DNA of 64,000 bases, from positions 77,073 through 141,072 of the forward strand of contig CAYZNK010000001.1 in the NCBI GenBank assembly GCA_964479955.1, given 5' to 3'. The DNA is from an uncultured Candidatus Saccharibacteria bacterium (GTDB lineage Bacteria; Patescibacteriota; Minisyncoccia; Minisyncoccales; Staskawiczbacteraceae). The notes beneath the pieces are model-generated. The model was not told the origin of the DNA. It ran no database searches and worked only from the letters and a program-made list of their open reading frames with translations. The position numbers and the translations under genes were made by a program. Shown here in pieces: positions 8,727 through 18,313 of the stretch. The stretch's first letter is position 1. Every line of letters starts with the position of its first letter.

Positions 8727-10181
8727 TTAAGCTTTTGCTTTTTCAAATTTAATATTTTCTTCTTCTAACCTTCTATAAAGCATTATGTTGTATATCGCGG
8801 CCTGCGCATATCGGGATAGCGTTTCTAATAAGTCAAAGTCTTCTTGCATATAATCGCTTTCATATTTTTTTTCGTTTAATATTATCATGCCTAACAAATT
8901 ATTTCCGCCCATCAGAGGGACACAGACGGGAGCATTATTTTGGTGAATTTGATTTTCTACTTCATGCAGAAGCCCTTTGTCATCTTTTGAATTTTCTATT
9001 AAACTTTCAATGCTTTTTTTGGTAATAATTTGTTTATTTTTTTTAAAAAATTCCGAGAATAAAAGGTAGTCTATTTTTAGGAGCTTTGCCTCATTGAGGT
9101 TGTAGTTTTTATTAATTTCAAAACAATTGTCTTTGAGATTAAGATTTTTAAGAAGCAGGATGGCCATTCCATGAGGTTGTATCGTTTGTTTGATGGTTTC
9201 CGTCATTATGTTTATTATTTTTTCTGAACTGTCAGCATAACTTAAAATAAGCGAAGATTTTTTAATTGCCTGCTGATAATTATATATGGAAGGAAAAAGA
9301 TTTTTGTTAATAAACGCAAAAAGCAGGTTGCTGCTAGAATATAAAATAACGGCAAAAATTGGGGCTAAAATCATTCCAGCAAAATAAGTTTCCGCGGCTA
9401 AAATATTTCCAAAGGATATTTTGTATATGAAGGCGACAATATAAAAAGCGGAATAAAGAAAAAAAGATAAACCAAAATATAAAAATAAATTTCTTACTAA
9501 TATTTTTATATTCATTAATTCATATCTGGTTATGGCATAGGCTATTAATATAACATAGATAGGCACAAGTCCGTTGGCTATAGGTGGAATTGGAATTCTA
9601 AACCATGGTACAAAGTTGAATGAGCCTGATATAAAAGCGATTATTACTCCAATGGCCACATATTTCATTTGCGACCTTACAACTCCTTTAGATGTTCTAT
9701 ATTTTTTAATAAGCAAATAAAAAGAATAAAAAACATAGAAACCAAAAAAAACAAGATATGAGGCAAACATTGGAGTTGCTATCGGCCAATATTTAAATTG
9801 CATTACGGGTTCTACCTTTTCAATGAATATTGGGGTTGCATTTGTGAGCAAAAAAAAGCAGAAGATGGAATAAGCGATAATCAAGGATTTTTTTCTTTTT
9901 TCCAAAATCTCTGTTATTGCCAGCGTAAAATGGAAAAAAGCAGGTGGGATCATAATTGTAAAAAACATTAATATTCTGCACCATATTAACGCAGCCTCTT
10001 CATTGTCTGTTATATTTTGCCAGAAAAAATAAGACAGACTCCATAATCCGACCAACATAGCAAGGATAAAAAAAGAAACACATTTTGGGTTTTTTTTGTT
10101 ACGCAAAATAACAAGAATTGCCAAGACGCTGCTGGTTAAAAAATTAATAAAACCAGTTATTGTATAAAAATTAATAACCAT
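8727..10181 (-). CDS. Polytopic membrane sensor-like protein (7TM N-terminal domain) with C-terminal GAF-like domain
   Basis: About 8 predicted TM helices in the first ~290 aa. The cytoplasmic tail (VCVPLMGGNNLLGMIILNEKK...DFDLLETLSRYAQAAIYN) resembles the end of a GAF domain. No kinase domain. Confidence 0.5.
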   Translation of the reverse strand: MVINFYTITGFINFLTSSVLAILVILRNKKNPKCVSFFILAMLVGLWSLSYFFWQNITDNEEAALIWCRILMFFTIMIPPAFFHFTLAITEILEKRKKSLIIAYSIFCFFLLTNATPIFIEKVEPVMQFKYWPIATPMFASYLVFFGFYVFYSFYLLIKKYRTSKGVVRSQMKYVAIGVIIAFISGSFNFVPWFRIPIPPIANGLVPIYVILIAYAITRYELMNIKILVRNLFLYFGLSFFLYSAFYIVAFIYKISFGNILAAETYFAGMILAPIFAVILYSSSNLLFAFINKNLFPSIYNYQQAIKKSSLILSYADSSEKIINIMTETIKQTIQPHGMAILLLKNLNLKDNCFEINKNYNLNEAKLLKIDYLLFSEFFKKNKQIITKKSIESLIENSKDDKGLLHEVENQIHQNNAPVCVPLMGGNNLLGMIILNEKKYESDYMQEDFDLLETLSRYAQAAIYNIMLYRRLEEENIKFEKAKA

Positions 10182-10297
10182 TTTAAATATTAATTAAAGT
10201 TTGTTTATAATATTTTATCACAATTTAAGCCGTATGGCTATTATCGAGCTTTTTTGTTAAACTCAAATTAAATCAAATAAATAGCATCCCATATAAT

Positions 10298-11173
10298 ATG
10301 CCAGAACTCCCAGAGGTTGAGACAACGGTAAAAAGTTTAAGGAAAAAGGTTTTGAATAAAACCTTTGTCGGTGTTTGGTCTGATGCTGAAAAGATAATAA
10401 AAAAGCCTGCTAATTTTTTGGAATTTAAAAAACTTATCAAAGAAAAAAAAATAAAAAAGGTTTGGCGAATGGCAAAAAATGTAATTTTTGATTTATCTGA
10501 CGGATACTCTTTGTTGATTCACCAAAAAATGACAGGCCACCTTCTGTTTGGAGAATGGATTTTAAAAAACGGATTATGGCGACCAACAACCCTCGGACCC
10601 CTTAATGATCCATATAACAGATTTTTACACGTTATATTTTTCTTTGATGATGAAAAAATGATGGCCCTTTCTGATGCCAGAAAATTTGCGAAAATTGAAT
10701 TGCAAAAAACACAGAGTATGCTAGATTCAAAAGAGATTAAAGGCCTGGGGCCTGAGCCATTGAGTAAAAATTTTAGTATAGGAAAATTTAAAAATATTTT
10801 AAAAAATAAAAAAGGCAAGATAAAGCAGGTTTTAATGGACCAAAAAAACATATCGGGCATAGGAAATATCTACGCTTCAGAATCTTTGTGGCAGGCAAAA
10901 ATACACCCTGAAAAACAAGCGTCAAAATTAACCCTGAAGGAGTTAAAGAGTCTGCATGAAGCCATAAAAAAAGTTTTAGCTACAAGCATCAGATTAGGAG
11001 GAGAAAGTTTTTCTGATTATAGAAAACCGGATGGCAGCAAGGGAAGATTTGACGCGGAGAGAAAAGCATACAAAAGAGATGGCCAAATGTGCAGCAGATG
11101 TGGAGAAAAAATTAAAAGAATAAAAATTGGACAGCGCAGCACTTTTTATTGTCCCTTTTGCCAAAAAATTTAA
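10298..11173 (+). CDS. mutM: Formamidopyrimidine-DNA glycosylase (Fpg/MutM)
   Basis: Starts MPELPEVET (catalytic Pro2/Glu3). H2TH region and C-terminal zinc finger CSRCGEKI...YCPFCQ. Confidence 0.93.
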   Translation: MPELPEVETTVKSLRKKVLNKTFVGVWSDAEKIIKKPANFLEFKKLIKEKKIKKVWRMAKNVIFDLSDGYSLLIHQKMTGHLLFGEWILKNGLWRPTTLGPLNDPYNRFLHVIFFFDDEKMMALSDARKFAKIELQKTQSMLDSKEIKGLGPEPLSKNFSIGKFKNILKNKKGKIKQVLMDQKNISGIGNIYASESLWQAKIHPEKQASKLTLKELKSLHEAIKKVLATSIRLGGESFSDYRKPDGSKGRFDAERKAYKRDGQMCSRCGEKIKRIKIGQRSTFYCPFCQKI

Positions 11174-11179
11174 CAGCTT

Positions 11180-12115
11180 ATGTTATATTTTATTTACGGA
11201 CAAGATTCTTATAGGTCAAAAAAAAAGCTTGAAGAAATAGTTGAAGAATACAAAAAGATCCATAGATCCGGATTGAATTTTATATCCATTGACGCCAGTA
11301 AAAAAGAGTTTGAAGACTTTTTTAACAGTTTTAAGATATCCCCAATGTTCTCTGAGAAAAAGCTGGTTATTTTAAACAACGTTTTTTCAGATAAAAAATT
11401 TCAGGAAAAATTTTTAGAAAATTTTAAAAAAATAAAAGATATAAAAGATATCATTATTATTTTTGAAGGAGAAAAAACTGACGAAAGAACAAAGCTTTTT
11501 AAAATCCTTAAAAAAGAAGCAAAATGCCAAGAGTTTTCTTTTTTGACCCAAGCCAATCTAAAAAAATGGATAGAAAATGAATTTAAAAAATGCGGGGCCA
11601 AAATTGATTTTCAAGCTGAGGATTTTCTTTTAAATATTGTTGGAAATAATCTTTGGCAAATGGAAAATGAAATTAAAAAATTGTCCCTTTTTAAAAAGGG
11701 ACAAATAATAAAAAAAGAGGATATTGAATTGCATGTAAAACCTAAAATAGAAAACGACATATTTAAAACAATAGAGGCCTTAGCTGCAAAAAATAAAAAG
11801 CAGGCTCTCTCTTATTTGCATAATCATATAGAATCCGGAGACAATGAGATATATATATTATCAATGATAGCTTATCAATTCAGAAATCTTTTGATAATAA
11901 AAGAGCTGGCTGACAAGGGAAATCCCTATTACGCTATAGCCCAAAAAAGCGGGCTACACCCTTTTGTGGTTAAAAAAACTTTTTATCTTTGTAGTAAGTT
12001 TTCCCTGGAACAGCTTAAAGGGATATACAAAAAAATTTTTCAGACAGATTCAGATATCAAATCGGGAAAAATTGATTCTGAATTAGCCTTGGATATGCTT
12101 ATTGCAGAAATTTAA
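11180..12115 (+). CDS. holA: DNA polymerase III subunit delta
   Basis: 311 aa; N-terminus YFIYGQDSY and overall HolA-like helical pattern (LWQMENEIKKL). Confidence 0.75.
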   Translation: MLYFIYGQDSYRSKKKLEEIVEEYKKIHRSGLNFISIDASKKEFEDFFNSFKISPMFSEKKLVILNNVFSDKKFQEKFLENFKKIKDIKDIIIIFEGEKTDERTKLFKILKKEAKCQEFSFLTQANLKKWIENEFKKCGAKIDFQAEDFLLNIVGNNLWQMENEIKKLSLFKKGQIIKKEDIELHVKPKIENDIFKTIEALAAKNKKQALSYLHNHIESGDNEIYILSMIAYQFRNLLIIKELADKGNPYYAIAQKSGLHPFVVKKTFYLCSKFSLEQLKGIYKKIFQTDSDIKSGKIDSELALDMLIAEI

Positions 12116-12150
12116 GATATTCAAAAACTCCGCTTCAAGCAGAGTTTTTA

Positions 12151-12194
12151 GAAATGTTGGGAAATTTCACGGCCGTGAAATTTCCCAACATTTC
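12151..12194. terminator. Perfect 44-nt palindrome (22-bp arms) acting as a bidirectional terminator between holA and rpsT
   Basis: gaaatgttgggaaatttcacgg|ccgtgaaatttcccaacatttc. Preceded by a second smaller hairpin (12125-12149). Confidence 0.75.
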
Positions 12195-12222
12195 TTATAA
12201 TTAAATTAATATTTAGGTTATT

Positions 12223-12483
12223 TTATTTTTTATCTATCATTTTTGCAAATCTTGATTTCTGGCGGGATGCAGTGTTCTTTTTTAAAACATTTACTTTGAC
12301 TGCTTTATCCAATGCCTTAAATAGTTTTGGCAGGATTTTTTTGGCTTCTTCTGTGTTCTTTTTGGAAACAAAAGTTTGAACCTCTTTTGAGAGGTCTTTT
12401 ATATTATTCCTATAAAGTAAATTTTGGTTTTTCCGCCTTAAAGACTGGCGAATAGCTTTTTTAGCTGATTTTGTAATTGCCAT
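12223..12483 (-). CDS. rpsT: 30S ribosomal protein S20
   Basis: MAITKSAKKAIRQSLRRK...; 86 aa, basic, classic S20 N-terminus. Confidence 0.93.
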   Translation of the reverse strand: MAITKSAKKAIRQSLRRKNQNLLYRNNIKDLSKEVQTFVSKKNTEEAKKILPKLFKALDKAVKVNVLKKNTASRQKSRFAKMIDKK

Positions 12484-12589
12484 ATATAAACATCATAGCA
12501 GATAAATATGGTTTTGTAAATAGTAGTTGCCTTGACCAATTGATGCGTTAAGTTTAAAATAAAAAAATAATCTTTATTCAAAAATTATT

Positions 12590-14074
12590 ATGGAGAACAA
12601 AGAGCCGCAACAAAATGAACCCAGGGAAAAAGGAGATCCAGATTGGGAGTCTCTTTTAACGCCCGTAATACCTGAAAGTGGAGCAGAAAAATCAGAAACC
12701 ATAACAGACTCATCTAAGCAATCTAAAGAACAGTCTGAAAAATCAGAAAAATCCGTATCGGAAACAAAAACAGGTTTACCAAAAGAGACGGAGAATCCTT
12801 CGGAAGATTCTAAGGGAAAAAGATCGAGATTAAAGATGGGAGATAAAAAAGGATGGCAGGAAATTTCACAAGATAGAAAAGAAGAAGTAGTAGAAGTAGA
12901 AGAACCGTCTGCAAAAGAGAAAGTCAAAAAACATGCTGAAATAAAATCCGAAACAAAAAAACATACTACAGAAGTCGCTGAAAAAAAGCTACCAGAAGGA
13001 GATATTGATTCAGCCGCAGAATTTTTATCAAAGCCTGACTTTGAAAAAGATATAAAAAGAACAGTTGAAGCTTTTAGAAATATTACAACCAACGAAAAAG
13101 GGGAGCATAGGCATTTGGCAAAAGAAAGGAATGAAATGGTGGCCCTTAATATAGAAGCTCGTGGAGGCAGGATAATAAGAGGAAAAGAAGCAATAGAAAA
13201 AGCCAGGCAGGAGATTGCAGTAAAAGAAGTTGCAAAAATCAGAAGTGAACTTCATGAAAAAGCAATGGAGACTTTAATTGCAAGGCTTCCTGAAAAATAT
13301 AAAAATAATAAAGAAGCGCTGACAGCTTATATAGAAAACATAAAAGATAAATTAGAGCTTGTTGGGCCAGATAGGGATGTGGCATTTGATAAGCTTGTCA
13401 ATGACGGGTATTTGGTTGAAAATGCCAAAAAAAGATGGTTCTCCTACGAGTTTAAAATTCCCAAATCAGGAGAAAGAGAACCGGTAATGTATAATCCGGC
13501 TCTTCATTTTGAAACTCTTACAAAAAACGCAAATTTAAGCATAGTAAGCACAGCCCAGGAAAGGGCAGACTTCAAAATTGAACAAGGCAGAAAAAAAATG
13601 AAGCAGGAACGGCAAAAAAGCATGAAAGAAATAGTAGCAGGAGCACTTTCTGATTATATGGTAAAGCAACAGGAAAAACCTAAAAAAATAAAAGAAGGCA
13701 AACGAATGACTACATCTGCAAAAACTGCATCAGAAAGATATAGAGAAGACAGGTTAAAAGAAATCCAAGAAAAACAATCCAGAGGAGAAAAACTTACGGG
13801 AGCTGATAAAGTCGTTTTGGGAAAGTTAGGGATAAAGCCAGAATCTGGAAGTTTTTCTAGGGCAGATGATATTATAAACTATCTTCGGGAAAATATTACT
13901 GAGAGAACTAAAATTGACAGTGGAGACAATCATGGAAAAGCAAAGAAACAAGCCAAAAAAGAGTATAATCCGGCTGAAAACGGAGGTAGAACATTTAAAA
14001 AACGTCAGAGAGAAGGTATAAAACATAATTCCGTAATCAGTAAAAGAGACTACAGTAAATCAAAAAAGCCTTAA
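12590..14074 (+). CDS. Hypothetical K/E-rich protein (494 aa), no recognisable domain
   Basis: Long ORF with a low-complexity, charged N-terminal third. No TM segment, signal peptide or family motif that I can name. Its 3' end overlaps the uvrB 3' end by 4 nt (convergent). Confidence 0.55.
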   Translation: MENKEPQQNEPREKGDPDWESLLTPVIPESGAEKSETITDSSKQSKEQSEKSEKSVSETKTGLPKETENPSEDSKGKRSRLKMGDKKGWQEISQDRKEEVVEVEEPSAKEKVKKHAEIKSETKKHTTEVAEKKLPEGDIDSAAEFLSKPDFEKDIKRTVEAFRNITTNEKGEHRHLAKERNEMVALNIEARGGRIIRGKEAIEKARQEIAVKEVAKIRSELHEKAMETLIARLPEKYKNNKEALTAYIENIKDKLELVGPDRDVAFDKLVNDGYLVENAKKRWFSYEFKIPKSGEREPVMYNPALHFETLTKNANLSIVSTAQERADFKIEQGRKKMKQERQKSMKEIVAGALSDYMVKQQEKPKKIKEGKRMTTSAKTASERYREDRLKEIQEKQSRGEKLTGADKVVLGKLGIKPESGSFSRADDIINYLRENITERTKIDSGDNHGKAKKQAKKEYNPAENGGRTFKKRQREGIKHNSVISKRDYSKSKKP

Positions 14075-16065
14075 TAAGGCTTTTTTGATTTGTCTATCTT
14101 TTCAATTAAGTTTTTTATTTCAGCAGCCCTTTCAAAATCTAAATTTTGAGCGGCTGTCTTCATTTCTTTCTCTAAAAGTTTTTTGTCGTGAATTGCCCAA
14201 AATTCTTCTGCAACGTCTTCTTTTTTAGACAAACTCCAGTCGCGAATATCTTTTATTATTGCCTGCGGGGTTATCTTATTTTTTTTGTTGTATTCTTCCT
14301 GGATTTTTCTTCTTCTGTTAATTTCATTTATTGCTTCTTTCATTGAGAAAGTTATTTTATCAGCATACAGAATGATATGTCCGTTTATATGCCTTGCGGC
14401 CCTTCCCATTGTTTGTATAAGAGTTGTTTTATTCCTTAAAAAACCTTCTTTGTCAGCATCCAAAATCGCAACCAGCCCAACTTCAGGCAAATCTATACCC
14501 TCCCTTAAAAGATTTATCCCAACAAGCACATCGTATTTTCCCTGTCTTAGGTTTTTTAAAATTTCAGGCCTTTCCAATGTTTTTATTTCAGAATGCAAAT
14601 ACTGGGTTTTTATACCTTTTTCAATCAGATAATCTGATATTTCTTCTGCAAGCCTTTTGGTCAGGGTTAAAACAAGAACCCTTTGATTTTTTTTGACTCT
14701 GACATCAACTTCTTTTACCAGGTCTTTTATCTGGCCGTCTCTGTCAGCTGGCGGGTTTGCCGGCCTGATTTCAATTGAAGGCTCCAACAAACCTGTTGGT
14801 CTTATTAACTGCTCAACTATATTTTTTCCAGATTTTTGTTTTTCAAAGTCAGACGGGGTGGCTGAAACATAAATTGTCTGGTCCTGCCTTTTTTCAAATT
14901 CAGAAAAAGTAAGAGGTCTGTTATCAATAGCCGAGGGAAGCCTAAAGCCAAAATCAATCAAAGTCTGCTTCCTTATTCTGTCCTGCGCAGACATTGCCCT
15001 TATTTGCGGAATTGAAATATGCGATTCGTCAATAAACATCAAAAACCCTTTGGGATTAAAATATTTAAAATGGTCTATTAAAGAAAAGGGAGCTTGGCCG
15101 GGTTTTCTGAATTCAAGGTGGCTTGAATAGTTTTCAATGCCTTTGCACCAGCCAGTTTCTTCCAACATTTCCAAGTCATAATTTGTTTTCTGCTCCAACC
15201 TTTGGGCTTCCAGTCCACCGGTTGGCGGATCTTTCTTTTTTAACTCTTTTAATCTATTTTGCAGTTCCAGTTTTATATTTCCGATTGCAATTTTAACTCT
15301 GTTTTGCGGAGCAACCCAAAAACTGGCAGGAAAAATTTTAAGCGCATCACCCTTTATTTTTTGGTATTTCAAATTTAGGTTGGGAAGGGACTCAAAAATA
15401 TTTTCTATGCGGTCTTCTGAAAATTCCACTCTTAAGATTTTTTCTCCGGTAACAATAAAAATTTCAACAGCATCTCCTCTGACGCGAAAGTACCCGGGTT
15501 TAAAATCAATATCATTCCTCTGATATTGCAGGCTTGTCAGCAAAAACAAGAAATCTTTTCTTTTCATTCCCTGTTTGAGTCTTATTTCCAAAGAAATATT
15601 TTCATAGTTTTCAGGAGAGCCTATATTATATATACACGATACAGAAGCCACAATAATTGTATCGCTTCTTATACTTAAATCCTGGACAGCAGAATGCCTT
15701 AGCCTGTCAATTTCTTCATTTACCTTTGCATCTTTTTCTATATAGGTGTCAGACTGGGGTATGTAGGCTTCCGGCTGGTAATAGTCATAATAAGAAACAA
15801 AATAATGGACAGCATTGTTGGGGAAGAATTCTTTAAACTCCTGATAAAGCTGGGCAGCTAAAGTTTTATTTGGAGAAATTATTAGTGCGGGTTTTTTTAC
15901 TTTTTCTATAACAGACGCCATTGTAAAAGTTTTTCCAGAGCCTGTTACGCCCAAAAGTACCTGGTTTTTTATACCGGATTTTAAATTTTCAGACAACCTT
16001 TTTATTGCTTTTGGTTGGTCGCCTTTTGGTTTAAATTTTGATTTTAGTTCAAATTTCATATACAA
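14071..16065 (-). CDS. uvrB: Excinuclease ABC subunit B
   Basis: GVTGSGKTFT Walker A, DESH box, beta-hairpin region, C-terminal UVR motif (LDFERAAEIKNLI). Confidence 0.96.
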   Translation of the reverse strand: MYMKFELKSKFKPKGDQPKAIKRLSENLKSGIKNQVLLGVTGSGKTFTMASVIEKVKKPALIISPNKTLAAQLYQEFKEFFPNNAVHYFVSYYDYYQPEAYIPQSDTYIEKDAKVNEEIDRLRHSAVQDLSIRSDTIIVASVSCIYNIGSPENYENISLEIRLKQGMKRKDFLFLLTSLQYQRNDIDFKPGYFRVRGDAVEIFIVTGEKILRVEFSEDRIENIFESLPNLNLKYQKIKGDALKIFPASFWVAPQNRVKIAIGNIKLELQNRLKELKKKDPPTGGLEAQRLEQKTNYDLEMLEETGWCKGIENYSSHLEFRKPGQAPFSLIDHFKYFNPKGFLMFIDESHISIPQIRAMSAQDRIRKQTLIDFGFRLPSAIDNRPLTFSEFEKRQDQTIYVSATPSDFEKQKSGKNIVEQLIRPTGLLEPSIEIRPANPPADRDGQIKDLVKEVDVRVKKNQRVLVLTLTKRLAEEISDYLIEKGIKTQYLHSEIKTLERPEILKNLRQGKYDVLVGINLLREGIDLPEVGLVAILDADKEGFLRNKTTLIQTMGRAARHINGHIILYADKITFSMKEAINEINRRRKIQEEYNKKNKITPQAIIKDIRDWSLSKKEDVAEEFWAIHDKKLLEKEMKTAAQNLDFERAAEIKNLIEKIDKSKKPY

Positions 16066-16072
16066 TGGCTTA

Positions 16073-16633
16073 ATGATAAGCTATTTGGACGGGAAAATTA
16101 TATTAAAGCAGGACAAGTTTGTTATATTGGAAGTCAATAATATTGGCTATAAAGTTTTTCTATCTAAGCAAACCTTATTTAAAATACCACAAATAGGAGG
16201 AAATTTAAAGGTTTTCTGTTTTCAAAATGTTAAAGAAGATGCACTGGATTTATACGGATTTTTAACTTATGAAGAATTAGAGTTTTTTGAAATTTTAAAT
16301 GATGTGCGGGGGGTTGGCCCAAAGGCTGCTTTGGAAATTTCTGTAGTGGGGCCTTTGGAAAAGATAAAAGACAAAATTTTAAAGCATGATGAAAATGTTT
16401 TTGCCGGCATTCCAGGAATAGGCCAAAAAAGGGCTTCGGCGATTATTTTAGAGTTAACGGGAAAAATAAAAACTTTTGGAGAAAAAAAGCTGTCTTCAGA
16501 TGAGGCTGAAAACACATTAACACAGCTTGGGTTTTCAAAACAGCAGGCAAAAGAAGCATTAAGTTATATTCCGCCCGAAATTAAAGATACAGAAGAAAGG
16601 GTAAAAATTGCGCTTAAAAATTTAGGAAAATAA
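16073..16633 (+). CDS. ruvA: Holliday junction DNA helicase subunit RuvA
   Basis: MISYLDGKI...VNNIGYKVFLS OB-fold start and HhH motifs (VRGVGPKAALEI, IPGIGQKRASAIILEL). Confidence 0.9.
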   Translation: MISYLDGKIILKQDKFVILEVNNIGYKVFLSKQTLFKIPQIGGNLKVFCFQNVKEDALDLYGFLTYEELEFFEILNDVRGVGPKAALEISVVGPLEKIKDKILKHDENVFAGIPGIGQKRASAIILELTGKIKTFGEKKLSSDEAENTLTQLGFSKQQAKEALSYIPPEIKDTEERVKIALKNLGK

Positions 16634-16646
16634 AAATTTATTAGGC

Positions 16647-16674
16647 TTGACACTTATTTTATTGGGTGTATATT
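16647..16674 (+). promoter_or_regulatory. Sigma70-like promoter (TTGACA - 16 nt - TATATT, TG immediately upstream of -10)
   Basis: Consensus -35 at 16647-16652 and -10 at 16669-16674, in the 196-nt gap after ruvA. Confidence 0.5.
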
Positions 16675-16775
16675 AAAAATAGAATGAATAAGATTTTCAG
16701 AAACATAATTATTATTAAGATTATTAACCTCTCTTAGAGAAGGAGCGTTTTTATAAAAATAAAAACTTAAAAGCG

Positions 16776-16799
16776 CCTCTTCTCAAAAAGAGGTTTTTT
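16776..16799 (+). terminator. Intrinsic terminator / possible attenuator upstream of the 72-aa ORF
   Basis: cctctt-ctcaaa-aagagg followed by tttttt. The upstream copy of aacctct (about 16727) could pair with the 3' arm instead. Confidence 0.45.
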
Positions 16800-16829
16800 A
16801 TTGGTCTTTGACAATTAAGGGGAAAGCTT

Positions 16830-17048
16830 ATGAGCACAGCTCAGGACATTTGTGAAAGGGAAAGTATTTTGTTGGTTTTAAATGCTGAGCCACATAAATA
16901 TTTGTCTTGCGGCGACAAAGCCAGTATTGTTGTATGTAAAAAAGAACATATAATTGCAAATGATAGGATAAAAGGAGGGGTTCTGGTTTGGGGGGAAAAA
17001 GAAGTTTTTCACTTCAAATGGAATAAAAAAGAAAAAAAGTGGTTTTAA
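16830..17048 (+). CDS. Small hypothetical protein (72 aa)
   Basis: ATG preceded by aaggggaaag SD. Followed by a terminator hairpin gccggcctttggtcggc plus a T-run at about 17062-17087. No family recognised. Confidence 0.5.
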   Translation: MSTAQDICERESILLVLNAEPHKYLSCGDKASIVVCKKEHIIANDRIKGGVLVWGEKEVFHFKWNKKEKKWF

Positions 17049-17113
17049 CCGCAAGCAATCGCCGGCCTTTGGTCGGCTTTTTTTTATTTGAAGTTTGTGA
17101 TAGATTGTAGGTA

Positions 17114-18298
17114 ATGAACATAAAGGAAATAATTAAAAAATTCATACCTAAGTTTTTATTAAAAGTTTATCATTTTAAGCTGGCTTTTATTGGGGCGGTT
17201 ATTTTTGGTTTTCCGGGAAAAAGTAAAAAAATAAAAGTTATAGGAGTCACAGGAACCAGCGGAAAATCAACAACCTGCGACTTAATATCCCGCATTTTAG
17301 AAGAGGCCGGCAATAAAGTATCCTCTATTTCAACAATACGGTTTAAGGTCGCAGATAAAGAATGGGAAAATAAATACAAAATGACAATGCCAGGGAGATT
17401 TGTTATACAAAAATTTTTAAGGCAGGCAGTGGAAGCTGAGTGTAACTTTGTTGTTTTGGAAGTTACCTCAGAGGGTATAAGGCAATTTAGGCACAAGTTT
17501 ATAAATTTTGACACAGCTGTATTTACTAATCTTTCAAAAGAGCATATTGAGTCGCACGGCAGTTTTGAAAAATACAGGAATGAAAAATTAAAATTATTCA
17601 AGGTAACAAAAAATATCCATATTATAAATTCAGATGACCCTAATGCAAAATATTTTTTGGATATTCCTGCTAATAAAAAAATAAAGTTTTCAAAAAAAGA
17701 CAAAGAAAAGTATAACTTTAAACTAAGCTTGGCAGGAGACTTTAATATAATGAACGCTTTATCTGCCATTTTTGTTGCAGAAAACTACGGTATTGATTTT
17801 GAGGTTTGCAGAAAAGCTTTGGAAAAAGTAAAGGGAATTCCAGGAAGAATGGAAGTTATTTCAGAGGATCCGCTTAAAGTTGTTGTTGATTACGCCCATA
17901 CTCCAGACCAGCTTGAGAATGTTTATAAAAGCTTGGGAGAAAATCTTATTTGTGTTTTGGGTTCGTGCGGAGGAGGAAGAGATAAATGGAAAAGGCCTGT
18001 TTTGGGTGCGGTTTCCAATAAATATTGCAGTAAAATATTTGTTACAAACGAAGACCCGTATGATGAAAACCCAATGGATATAATAAATGAAGTTGCAATA
18101 GGCGCGCGAAACAAAGCTGAAAAAATTTTAGATAGAAAAGAAGCAATTAAAAAAGCAATAAAGTCTGCAAGTCCGCAAGATACAGTTATAATTACAGGCA
18201 AAGGTTCGGAGCCCTGGATGTGTGTTGCCGGAGGGAAAAAAATTCCATGGAGCGATGTAAAAATAGCAAAAGAAGAAATAGAAAATAAAAACAATTAA
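17114..18298 (+). CDS. Mur ligase family protein (MurE-like, lacking the usual N-terminal substrate domain)
   Basis: GVTGTSGKSTT P-loop, DYAHTPDQLENV, GGGRDKWKRP, TNEDPYDENP (MurE-type C-terminal motifs). Only 394 aa, with a hydrophobic N-terminus. Confidence 0.7.
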   Translation: MNIKEIIKKFIPKFLLKVYHFKLAFIGAVIFGFPGKSKKIKVIGVTGTSGKSTTCDLISRILEEAGNKVSSISTIRFKVADKEWENKYKMTMPGRFVIQKFLRQAVEAECNFVVLEVTSEGIRQFRHKFINFDTAVFTNLSKEHIESHGSFEKYRNEKLKLFKVTKNIHIINSDDPNAKYFLDIPANKKIKFSKKDKEKYNFKLSLAGDFNIMNALSAIFVAENYGIDFEVCRKALEKVKGIPGRMEVISEDPLKVVVDYAHTPDQLENVYKSLGENLICVLGSCGGGRDKWKRPVLGAVSNKYCSKIFVTNEDPYDENPMDIINEVAIGARNKAEKILDRKEAIKKAIKSASPQDTVIITGKGSEPWMCVAGGKKIPWSDVKIAKEEIENKNN

Positions 18299-18313
18299 AT
18301 ATATTCACAAACA

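Noticed and set aside
17170-17769. 199-aa minus-strand ORF inside the Mur ligase gene, and similar antisense ORFs elsewhere (for example 12574-13092, 29516-30001, 7456-7845)
   Set aside because: Each is antisense to a gene with clear family motifs. Their composition is the typical AT-rich shadow-ORF type (F/I/L/K/S).
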